NCBI RefSeq assembly: GCF_006345805.1
Contig: NC_042999.1
Coordinates: 86,304,001 to 86,368,000, forward strand
Origin: Octopus sinensis
Taxonomy: Eukaryota
Reading direction: 5' to 3'
DNA: 64,000 bases
Positions 1-10,418 of this stretch are shown here, piece after piece. Each line of letters opens with the position of its first letter. Position 1 is the stretch's first letter. The position numbers were made by a program, and so were the translations under genes. The notes under the pieces were generated by a model. That model was not told where the DNA came from, made no database searches, and saw only the letters and a program-made list of their open reading frames with translations.

Positions 1-524
1 CATGCAGACATTGAACCCACCCGCTCCCCCCCAACAAGAAAACAAAAGAAAAAAAGAATACACACACACAAGAGATTGAAATCGATATCAGGCCGTACAT
101 TTGTACTATGACTGAACAGAAAGAAGTTAAAAGTCTAATGGAAGAGTAAATGGTATGATGTTGGTGAGACTAGGTATGCTGTGATTGAAAAGAAGAACAT
201 AGGTGACTTTATGGTGATGTGTGAATGCGAGAATTGGGAGGTGAAAGATATAAGAATGAGCGATGAATTCGTGGAAAATATGGATGAGTATTTCGGAGTA
301 AGAATGGATATGGAATTTGTTCGTATTGGCAAGGAACATTCAAGTGACTATGAAAAACAAAGGACAGGTAAGTGATGCTGACGGACGGGGCCGTTGGTAT
401 CGCTTTCATTTAATCATTTTTTCGTTTAACAATTCATGTTCATAAAGTTTAATTATAATGTTATATCCCCATGTTTCTTAGTGTCCCTTTCTGTGTCGCC
501 CCTAGTGGGTAATAAAGAAATAAG
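1..524 (+). mobile_element. ORF1-only non-LTR (Tx1/L1-like) element, copy A (3' part; truncated by window edge)
   Basis: Near-identical to the 3' parts of copies B and C (CATGCAGACATTGAACC at 1, 1750 and 3503). ORF ends at 375; tail ends ...GGGTAATAAAGAAATAAG at 524. Confidence 0.8.
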
Positions 525-536
525 AAACGTTAGCAC

Positions 537-2275
537 TTCGTTTGACGTCGGTTGTGTTTTTTTCGGCTCCTGAAAATTCGGTAAAAAAGAACAAAAGCGG
601 TGTTGTTGTTGTGGAAATTCTGAACGGCGTTGACGCGGTTTCGCGTTTCGCTCGTTCAGCGCGTTAAACTTTTTTCTGTTTTGGCGGCCGTTTTCGGTCT
701 GTCAGACAGAAGGAAATGGACTATGAGTCTCTAACAGACTTGTCCACGACAGATGAGGAACTGGAACAGGCAATTGCAGTGAAGCTGATGGAGGAAAAGG
801 CTGGAGTTTTCGAGTCTTTATCAGACTTGTCTGCGTCTGAGAAGGAGCTAGAAATGGCAGCAAGGAAATTGGAAAAGAGCTGAGTTATACTTATGCCGGT
901 GTAACCAAGAAGGCGGAAGAGAAAGGGGTCGACTTGGCCAAGCTACCAAGTTACCAGAAACACATGAAAAAGGAAAGCGGTGAGGTGGAACTATCACCGA
1001 CACCCAGGAGAAAAGAATGGTATGATAAGAGACCATTGTTTACAGGGTGTGCGCAAACGAAAGGAAGAGGGTAGAAGTTGTATCCATGGAATGGATAGAG
1101 GAAGCCCTGCGAAGAACTGAGGAGGAAATAAATTTTCTGACTCGAGGATCCAAGTACGGGACCGTAGTTGTGCATTTTAAAAGTGAATCTGCAGCGAGGA
1201 AGATGGCGCGAAGGCGGTGAAGTCGGAAAAGGTAACACTGTTACCTACGTATTTAAACAGGAGGATTACACGAATAAGGGTGGAGGGAGTGCCACCAAAC
1301 GTGGAGGCAGAATGGATTGTGGCGGCTGTGATCAGCGGCCACGAGGACGAAGTGGATATTCTCCATGCCTCGGTTAAGTCCGAGGGCTGGAGAGGCGTAA
1401 CAGTGGAGCTGAACGTACAGGCAGAGACCGAGGTACTGGTGGACCTGACGGAAAGCATCAGACTGGGAGAAGTGATCATGAGAGTGTGGGTGGAGGGCAG
1501 GGCTCCACGTTGTTACAAGTGTGGCCTGAGGGGTCACATAAGAGCCTTCTGCCCTCCCCCAGGGAAGAAATGGATCCCGAACCAGAGAGAGAGAAGCAGA
1601 AACCAGAGGAGAAGGAAACAGAGGAAGAGAATACACAGAAATGGAAGGAAGCTGGAAGTAAGAGGAAGAGAAGAATACGTGGAAAAGAAAATAATATGGA
1701 ACTCCAATCCACCCCAAAACCACCCACGCCCTCTGAGTCCCACCCTATCCATGCAGACATTGAACCCACCCGCTCCCCCCCAAAGAAAACAAAAGAAAAA
1801 AAGAATACACACACACAAGAGATTGAAATCGATATCAGGCCGTACATTTGTACTATGACTAAACAGAAAGAAGTTAAAAGTCTAATGGAAGAGTATAAAT
1901 GGTATGATGTTGGTGAGACTAGGTATGCTGTGATTGAAAAGAAGAACATAGGTGACTTTATGGTGATGTGTGAATGCGAGAATTGGGAGGTGAAAGATAT
2001 AAGAATGAGCGATGAATTCGTGGAAAATATGGATGAGTATTTCGGAGTAAGAATGGATATGGAATTTGTTCGTATTGGCAAGGAACATTCAAGTGACTAT
2101 GAAAAACAAAGGACAGGTAAGTGATGCTGACGGACGGGGCCGTTGGTATCGCTTTCATTTAATCATTTTTTCGTTTAACAATTCATGTTCATAAAGTTTA
2201 ATTATAATGTTATATGTCCCCATGTTTCTTAGTGTCCCTTTCTGTGTCGCCCCTAGTGGGTAATAAAGAAATAAG
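537..2275 (+). mobile_element. ORF1-only non-LTR element, copy B (full length)
   Basis: Starts TTCGTTTGACGTCGG directly after the 12-mer AAACGTTAGCAC (525-536). Has a ~180-bp 5' UTR, ORF1 at 716-2124 with indel frameshifts, and a ~150-bp 3' UTR. Confidence 0.8.
716..2124 (+). pseudogene. ORF1 of copy B, broken by 1-bp indels (possibly assembly errors)
   Basis: ORF track pieces 1217..1858 and 1486..2124 match the copy C protein; ATG at 716. Confidence 0.7.
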
Positions 2276-2287
2276 AAACGTTAGCAC

Positions 2288-4029
2288 TTCGTTTGACGTC
2301 GGTTGTGTTTTTTTCGGCTCCTGAAAATTCGGTAAAAAAGAACAAAAAGCGGTGTTGTTGTTGTGGAAATTCTGAACGGCGTTGACGCGGTTTCGCGTTT
2401 CGCTCGTTCAGCGCGTTAAACTTTTTTCTGTTTTGGCGGCCGTTTTCGGTCTGTCAGACAGAAGGAAATGGACTATGAGTCTCTAACAGACTTGTCCACG
2501 ACAGATGAGGAACTGGAACAGGCAATTGCAGTGAAGCTGATGGAGGAAAAGGCTGGAGATTTCGAGTCTTTATCAGACTTGTCTGCGTCTGAGAAGGAGC
2601 TAGAAATGGCAGCAAGGAAATTGGAAAAGAAGCTGAGTTATACTTATGCCGGTGTAACCAAGAAGGCGGAAGAGAAAGGGGTCGACTTGGCCAAGCTACC
2701 AAGTTACCAGAAACACATGAAAAAGGAAAGCGGTGAGGTGGAACTATCACCGACACCCAGGAGAAAAGAATGGTATGATAAGAGGACCATTGTTTACAGG
2801 GTGTGCGCAAACGAAAGGAAGAGGGTAGAAGTTGTATCCATGGAATGGATAGAGGAAGCCCTGCGAAGAACTGAGGAGGAAATAAATTTTCTGACTCGAG
2901 GATCCAAGTACGGGACCGTAGTTGTGCATTTTAAAAGTGAATCTGCAGCGAGGAAGATGGCGGCGAAGGCGGTGAAGTCGGAAAAGGTAACACTGTTACC
3001 TACGTATTTAAACAGGAGGATTACACGAATAAGGGTGGAGGGAGTGCCACCAAACGTGGAGGCAGAATGGATTGTGGCGGCTGTGATCAGCGGCCACGAG
3101 GACCAAGTGGATATTCTCCATGCCTCGGTTAAGTCCGAGGGCTGGAGAGGCGTAACAGTGGAGCTGAACGTACAGGCAGAGACCGAGGTACTGGTGGACC
3201 TGACGGAAAGCATCAGACTGGGAGAAGTGATCATGAGAGTGTGGGTGGAGGGCAGGGCTCCACGTTGTTACAAGTGTGGCCTGAGGGGTCACAATAAGCC
3301 TTCTGCCCTCCCCCAGGGAAAGAAATGGATCCCGAACCAGAGAGAGAGAAGCAGAAACCAGAGGAGAAGGAAACAGAGGAAGAGAACACAAAGGAATGAA
3401 GAAGCTGGAAGTAAGAGGAAGAGAAGAATACGTGGAAAAGAAAATAATATGGAACTCCAATCCACCCCAAAACCACCCACGCCCTCTGAGTCCCACCCTA
3501 TCCATGCAGACATTGAACCCACCCGCTCCCCCCCAACAAGAAAACAAAAGAAAAAAAAGAATACACACACACAAGAGATTGAAATCGATATCAGGCCGTA
3601 CATTTGTACTATGACTGAACAGAAAGAAGTTAAAAGTCTAATGGAAGAGTATAAATGGTATGATGTTGGTGAGACTAGGTATGCTGATTGAAAAGAAGAA
3701 CATAGGTGACTTTATGGTGATGTGTGAATGCGAGAATTGGGAGGTGAAAGATATAAGAATGAGCGATGAATTCGTGGAAAATATGGATGAGTATTTCGGA
3801 GTAAGAATGGATATGGAATTTGTTCGTATTGGCAAGGAACATTCAAGTGACTATGAAAAACAAAGGACAGGTAAGTGATGCTGACGGACGGGGCCGTTGG
3901 TATCGCTTTCATTTAATCATTTTTTCGTTTAACAATTCATGTTCATAAAGTTTAATTATAATGTTATATGTCCCCATGTTTCTTAGTGTCCCTTTCTGTG
4001 TCGCCCCTAGTGGGTAATAAAGAAATAAG
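2288..4029 (+). mobile_element. ORF1-only non-LTR element, copy C (full length)
   Basis: Same 5' start and 3' end as copy B, flanked by AAACGTTAGCAC at 2276-2287 and 4030-4041. Confidence 0.8.
2468..3878 (+). CDS. Gag-like ORF1 protein, ~470 aa when copies B and C are merged; Tx1/L1-type with CCHC zinc knuckle
   Basis: ORF track 2468..3691 (407 aa) plus 3660..3878. RITRIRVEGVPPNVEAEWIVAAV resembles the Tx1 ORF1 RRM-like segment. RAPRCYKCGLRGHIRAFCP (intact in copy B) is CX2CX4HX4C. Single-base indels differ between copies. Confidence 0.75.
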
Positions 4030-4430
4030 AAACGTTAGCACGCCGGGCGAAATGCTTAGTGGTATTTCATCTGCAGCCACGTTCTTAGTTCAAATTCCGT
4101 CGAGGTCGACTTCACCTTTTATCCTTTCGGGGTCAGTTAAATAAGTACCAGTTACGCACTGGGGTCGATATAATCGACTTAATCCGTTTGTCTGTCCTCG
4201 TTTGTCCCCTCTGTGTGTAGCCCCTTGTTGACAGTAAATAAATAGGTATTTCGTCTGCTGCTACGTTGTGAGTTCAAATTCCGCCGAGGTCGACTTTGCC
4301 TTTTATCCTTTCGGGGTCAGTTAAATAAGTACCAGTTACGCACTGGGGTCGATATAATCGACTTAATCCGTTTGTCTGTCCTTGTTTGTCCCCTCTGTGT
4401 GTAGCCCTTGTTGGCAGTAAAGAAAAAAAG
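4030..4430 (+). mobile_element. Host tRNA-derived SINE (from AAACGTTAGCAC onward) with tandemly duplicated body and tail (units 4061-4244 and 4245-4430)
   Basis: AAACGTTAGCACGCCGGGCGAAATGCTTAG matches intact SINE heads at 18144 and 52439. B-box-like GTTCAAATTCC is present. Tail is ...GTCCCCTCTGTGTGTAGCCCCTTG...TAAAGAAA. Confidence 0.85.
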
Positions 4431-5057
4431 GATGTTTAAGTGGAATGAAATATTTTGAAAAAGAGCGAAAGCCCCTAATTTGTGGCTTTGTCATATACTA
4501 TAATACCCTGCGATGAAAATCTGCAAACCATTTGATATGGATGTTACAAAAATGAAAAATGATTCTCATTCAACTTTTCTCATTCCCTCATTGTTCTGGA
4601 ATAAGGTATTTCGTGTGGACTAACAAATGTTTGAAGACCATTGGCTTTTTAAAAACTTATTTGGACAGTTGAATGGCAGAATGGTTTGTAACGGCCACTC
4701 TTTGCCTGCAAGTATCGACTTGTTTTAATATACTTAATGTGTACTGCTATGATATTTGTTTAAAATATTATAGGAGTGCCCAAGATATGCAGAGTCGTAA
4801 CGGTGTCCCTACGACTTGAGAGTCCCATTACCACAACGATACGTACAAAATATTAGCATATATAAATGTGTGCGTGTGTGTATATATATATATACACACA
4901 CATTTAAACATTGCAATGCTTTCAATATGTTTGTAATCTTTTTATGCACATATTTACGGTCATGTATATGCAGGGTGGTTTTAAAACACACCCATTACTA
5001 CACTACACATTAATATTTTATTTTCATTTATTAGAAAGAGACAATTTTTTTAGCAGC

Positions 5058-5065
5058 TATATATA

Positions 5066-5128
<63 letters not shown>

Positions 5129-5155
5129 GGAGAGAGAGAGAGAGAGAGAGAGAGA
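5058..5155. repeat. (TA)n followed by (GA)n microsatellite
   Basis: Direct inspection. Confidence 0.95.
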
Positions 5156-5370
5156 AGCTGTTACCTTGTCACAAAGCTATAAACTGATTTAGGGTGGAAG
5201 GGGTTGAAATTAATTTGTCTTCTGAACATACTCGCAACGGATGTCTTTTATCAGACCCAAAGGAATGGAAATAATAATAAAAATAAACAAGGGCGTTTAC
5301 TTTTTGTTTAACCATCTTGTACATATGAATGTACATATGTCTATAAAATGTTATTAATGGTATTACTGAA

Positions 5371-5545
5371 GGTGGCGAGTTCTAGCTTGACGTCCCGAGT
5401 TCAAATGCCGCCGAGGTTGACTTTGCCTTTCATCCTTCGAGGTCGATGAAATAAGCATCAGTCAAACACTGGGTGGGTGAGGGAGGATTGATGTAATCGA
5501 CTAACCTCGTACCTCAAAATTTTAGGCCTCGTGCCATTAGTAAAA
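5371..5545 (+). mobile_element. tRNA-derived SINE, degenerate (Meta-domain-like body)
   Basis: GAGTTCAAATGCCGCCGAGGTTGACTTTGCCTTTCATCCTTCGAGGTCGATGAAATAAG matches the family body. Confidence 0.75.
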
Positions 5546-5557
5546 GGGAGTTTAGTC

Positions 5558-5830
5558 GGTGAGATGGCGGAATGGTTAGTACGTTGGACAAAATGTTTAC
5601 CGGTATATTCGGTATTTCTTTCGACTTTGCCTTTCTTCCTTTCAGGCTCGATAAATTAAGTACCAGTTACGAACTGGGGTCGATGTAATCGACTTAATCC
5701 GTTTGTCTGTCCTTGTTAGTCCCCTCTGTGTTTAGCCCCTTGTGGGTAGTAAAGAAATAGATATTTCTTTCGGCTGTTTACCTTCTCTGTACAAATCCCA
5801 CCACAATCAACTTTCTTTTATTTTTTCGGG
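5558..5830 (+). mobile_element. Old SINE head containing a younger 5'-truncated SINE insertion (5624-5759) with a 13-bp TSD
   Basis: TSD GGTATTTCTTTCG (5611-5623) and GATATTTCTTTCG (5760-5772) flank a body plus tail ending GGGTAGTAAAGAAATA. Confidence 0.7.
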
Positions 5831-5831
5831 G

Positions 5832-6172
5832 TTACTCTTTTACTTGTTTCAGTAATTTGAGCAAATCGACCCCAGGACTTATTCTTTGTTAGCCTAGTAC
5901 TTATTCTATCGTTCTCTTTTGCCGAACCGCTAAGTTACGAAGACGTAAACACACCAGCATCGGTTGTCAAGCGATGTTGGGGGGACAAACACAGGCACAC
6001 ATACATATATATATATACATATATGCGACAGGCTTCTTTCAGTTTCCGTCTACCGAATCCGCTCACAAGGCTTTGGTCGGCCCGAGGCTATAGTAGGAGA
6101 TACTTGCCCAAGGTGTCACGCAGTGGGACTGAACCCGGAACTATGTGGTTCGTAAGCAAGCTACTTGCCACG
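5832..6172 (-). mobile_element. CORE-type tRNA SINE (octopus OR-like) with internal microsatellite
   Basis: Minus strand shows B-box GGGTTCAGTCCC, CORE-like CACCTTGGGCAAGT and tail ...CTGAAACAAGTAAAAGAGTAA. Confidence 0.75.
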
Positions 6173-6254
6173 CCCTAATGTCAACGTAATCACCTACCCT
6201 ATCTTCATAACTGCTACCTTGTGACAAAAATTAAGAATAGTTATAATTCTAAGG

Positions 6255-6420
6255 GCAAGGAAGCGTCTGAGAAATGTTTTGCAATATTTGTACTGCTTCT
6301 TTACATTCCGAGTTCAAATCCAGGTTAGGTTTACTTTGCTTTCACGCTGTCCAGGTCGATAAAATAACTACTAAGGTATATATAGTCAACTATGCCTTTT
6401 CCCCAAATGTAAGGACTTGT
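6255..6420 (+). mobile_element. Degenerate tRNA SINE
   Basis: CCGAGTTCAAATCC...TTTACTTTGCTTTCACGCTGTCCAGGTCGATAAAATAAC resembles the family body. Confidence 0.55.
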
Positions 6421-7769
6421 GCCTGTACTTATGTGTGAACGTATGTATGTATGCGTGGTGGAAGGAGAGGAATGGGAGATATGTAAACGAAAAAGAAAAA
6501 AGTATAATGTATAAAATTCCCATATCTATAGCAGCAGTAACGACATTTTAATGCAAATACTATCGTTTTCAGTCCTATCAAATTAACAAGTCATCTTCTG
6601 GCTTCAGGAAATTAATAGGCACTCTTGTTGAAACTGGTGAAAACACAATGGTTAAATACTTCTAATTTAACCTCTTAAAGGTATCACTTGTTCATAAGAG
6701 CTGGCCTGTTAGGTGCATGTGTCAATCAAGTTAGATAGTGGAGGCAAAGTATATAATGAAAGAGATCAGGAAGCTACGCATAGGGTATCATGTTATCTTT
6801 AGAATTAACTCAGTTCAACTGTGCTTAATGGGTATTATAGTAATTATAGGTGTTAAATATTGCCTTAAAAGCAGAGAACGTCAGGAGTTGATAGAAAGAT
6901 GAATAATGGGAAACGCTAAGTAAAAGAATATCATTGTAAATACTGTGGTCATGAGAGTCGTTTCATTGTAACTGCGGAAATAATTGTGTTTTTATTGAAT
7001 ATATAAAAGAGTCCCTAGTGTTACGATAGATTAGCCGATTTTATAATGTTTCTCGCACGTCTCCAGGTACATCGAAAAATAGTTGGTTTACTGCTTATTC
7101 TTAGTTCAACTCTTCTATTTGTGTGTTGAAGGAAACGGATAATTACCTTTCCAGAGGATCTTGCATTAAATTACTTCCGTTTAAGTCGAAGCACCCACCA
7201 ATGCTTCAATGACCAATCTCATTATACATGTTTACTGAGAGCATCCTAGGAATTCTGTGAGTATTGGAAAGAAATTGAAAGATTCACTGCAGAACAAATC
7301 GTAATTCATAAAACTAGTTTCACAAGCAAGTTTACGTAATACTTTAGCTAAATGGATGTTTGTGTACAGATAAATTTGATTTTGTCACATTATAGTTCCA
7401 TTTTATAAGAATCGTTGTTTTAGTAATTTCAGTTCTGTAGTGCAGCAAGTAATTTTTGTTTGTTGTTTTGTTCCAACTTCAATTGCTATATTGAAATCGA
7501 GTTAAGCAGAAGTCTTATTTTGGAAGATACATGTTTTCTGTTAAACTGTTCATGGTATTTTATTTAAATAAATGAATAGAAACTAAATGTTGGCAAAGTT
7601 TAGTTATAGAAATTGAAACATACTGTGGTTTATTACGTTGACGAAATGAATTTTTTTTTATTAAATCATGAATACATGTTACGTTTGGATATAATATCTA
7701 TGGTTAGAAAATATTTTTCATGAAGTAACAAAAACAGGTAGGTCTGTAAATTACCTGCACATCGCTGCG

Positions 7770-7960
7770 TCATGTTCTCGAGCAAAAACACTTCATTTCA
7801 TGTTGCTTCGACTGAAAATAAGTCTCAGCAATAACTGGAGTCAAACCTGCGACGGACTGGTGTCCCGTTTAGGAGAAGGAAGAATGCTACACTTTTGGTG
7901 TAAAGGAAACTGGGTTATGCTCCGGCTCTGTTGACACGTGACAAACGTAGGACTCTCCAT
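7770..7960 (+). mobile_element. Degenerate SINE fragment (CORE-like plus CTGCGACGGACTGGTGTCCCGT motif)
   Basis: TTCTCGAGCAAAAACACTTCATTTCATGTTGC resembles the head region of the SINE at 56955-57265. Confidence 0.4.
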
Positions 7961-10223
7961 AAAAATGATTAATTCGACTGAATTCTGCTTGAAATAGAAA
8001 AAATGTCATTCAGAATATAATTTTCAGATCATATTTTCAGCACATTTGTTTCAATATATTGAGCATTAATGTCTTACATTAGTACTTGACTTGTAACAAG
8101 AGGATTTTATTGGGAAGAGATATGGTCAGTTCTATCGACCTTGTAAAAGTCTTCTACTTAACGAGAGAGCATGAAAAGAAAATAAATTCAGATTATACAA
8201 GAGCAAAATTAAAGTGTAAAACATTATACACACACTTACACACACTTGGTTTTCCGTCGGTTTCGACGATGAAAATTCAAGTGTTCAATTACTCAAATTA
8301 TCTTCACAGTGAATTAAAGTGTAACTGGTTAAAAAAAATATTAGCGCTACAAAACATTGAAACGTATGTAAAATAACACTTGGGTTCGAAAAGGAACAAG
8401 AACTTTTACAATAAACCATTAGAAAATATCTTCTCTTTGCATATCTTTATTAAACTGGCTTCTTATATGGAAACTACTTTTTAACAGTATTGACTGCATT
8501 CCAGCAAATCTGGGATAATTTACTGTATTCCAGTGGATACTATTTATGAAGGGAATAGGATATGATGTAATGTTGTCAAGTGACTGAAATAGTCTTGAAG
8601 ATTACCTTCCAGTATCAAGTATAGTCACTAGAATTGGTAGGATTGTGAAAATCTGTATCAACCTTAGAAGTACGATGTGAAAAATTGAATATTTAACTAA
8701 ACGAAGATTTAGTAATAAAGGAAATCAGTACTCTTGTATTCTAAAACTGTGATGCATCAATTATTTCTACGACTAATTTAATAGCACTACGTTCGCTTTC
8801 ACTTTGAACATTATACATTTTCAAATGCGATGTATGAATTATCTACCAAGCACCTTATGTATTTAAAGGAATAAAGTGACTAACAATGCATTAAATTCTG
8901 CACGGTGTTATCATATCTATGTGGAAATGTGAAAGATTGCAAAAGTTGGTAAAACATAATCAGTATATAAAAATAAATATCGTAGCAATATACTATACTA
9001 GTTTCAAGAATAATCCAAGAAACTGATTGAAAAGATCTAGAGTGATACAGAAACTACTGATAAATACGAACAATCGATATGTACAGATTATAGAAATTAA
9101 TAGACTAGATAGTGTCCTCAACAACAGTACGAGATTTAAAGTTCAGGTTTAAAACAGACGAAAGTGCATATATGAACAACTTATGAATAATGTAAAAATT
9201 CTGTTCAGCAATAATTCTATAACCTAGAATTTATACTGGATGCATTTAATTGCTTCACATTTGTTGACGATGGAAATTTAGTCAACCAGTTTGGGTCACT
9301 TTTCGAATTTATTTAGAATTTTTGCTGCACAATGATGAAGTTGAACCTATTAACTCACAAACTACTGGATCAAACATTTTTGAGCCCACCATGGTATGCA
9401 AAATATGCTAAAGTATACATATTGTCAATTCAGCTACATATTGTCAACTCAGCCTTGCAGCGTAAGACAGCTTTTCTTTTTAAGTATTGTGAATATACGA
9501 GCAAAGCGATATACAGTGAAAGAACACATCAAACACACACCTCAACACATAAACTATAAAATTTTGGCGTATGTTGTACGCACGCATGCATAAGCACGCA
9601 CACACTCATTTCTACATCATACATACTCCAGATGAAAGTTGTCATTCCTGTTTATCAGGTAGTATATATCTTGTATTTTATTTGTTCTGTTAGTGATGAC
9701 AAGTGTACCAGAGAGAGACAACATCGGGACTTTAATGTCTGATGAACAGTAAAAAACACAAAAACAAAATGCCTTCCAGGTTATCCGTGTATTCGTGCAT
9801 CATACTAATTTCACATTTTTTGGTGTTCGTTTTGCACACAATACTACTCTAATAGGTTGTAATTCTGAGTGTTGTTTGATGTAGTCAACATATATTCCAA
9901 ATATATTGACCTCGGAAAAGAAAAGTCATCTCTGGTAAAAAGAACAAAAAAACAAAAATTTATATAGACATAAAAGTAGTCAATACAGATGCCTTACATA
10001 TTCACCACCTATTCCTGGTGATTGTTAAATATAAGGATTTCTTAAATGAGGTAATTAAGCTTGTGTGTGTGTGTTCTCAAAATTAAAAATAAACCGTAAA
10101 ACATCACCATTTTCACATTGGTAAAAAATTAAGGCAAGTAGTTTAATATATGTTCAATAAATACACAATAGCTTATGTGAAGGCAAGTTTATTTTGTTAA
10201 TTTATTATCACATTTTCTAAGCT

Positions 10224-10418
10224 GGCGAGTTGTCAGAAACGTTAGCCCGCCGGGCTTAACGGTAGTTCGTCTGTCTTTACGTTCTGAGTTCAAGTTCCAC
10301 CGAGGTCAACTTTTCTTTTCGGGGTCGATAAATTCCACTTTCGTACTGGGATCGATCTAGTCGACTGGTCCCTCCGAGCCAAAAATTTTGGGCCTTGTGC
10401 CTAGAGTAGAAAAAAAAA
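10224..10418 (+). mobile_element. tRNA SINE, near full length, tail type A (CCTTGTGCCTAGAGTAGAAAA)
   Basis: GGCGAGTTGTCAGAAACGTTAGCCCGCCGGG head and GAGTTCAAGTTCC B box. Confidence 0.85.

Noticed and set aside
127-3912. Minus-strand ORFs (up to 201 aa) in the tandem array
   Set aside because: Antisense shadows of the purine-rich ORF1 strand, with no recognisable motifs.
1-4041. Interpretation as LTR retrotransposon, satellite or CRISPR array
   Set aside because: No TG..CA LTRs, PBS or pol. The unit has a UTR-ORF-tail structure with SINE-derived junction 12-mers. No repeat-spacer pattern.
7132-7256. Exon-like segment with AG and GTGAGT boundaries
   Set aside because: Stops in all three frames and no supporting neighbours.
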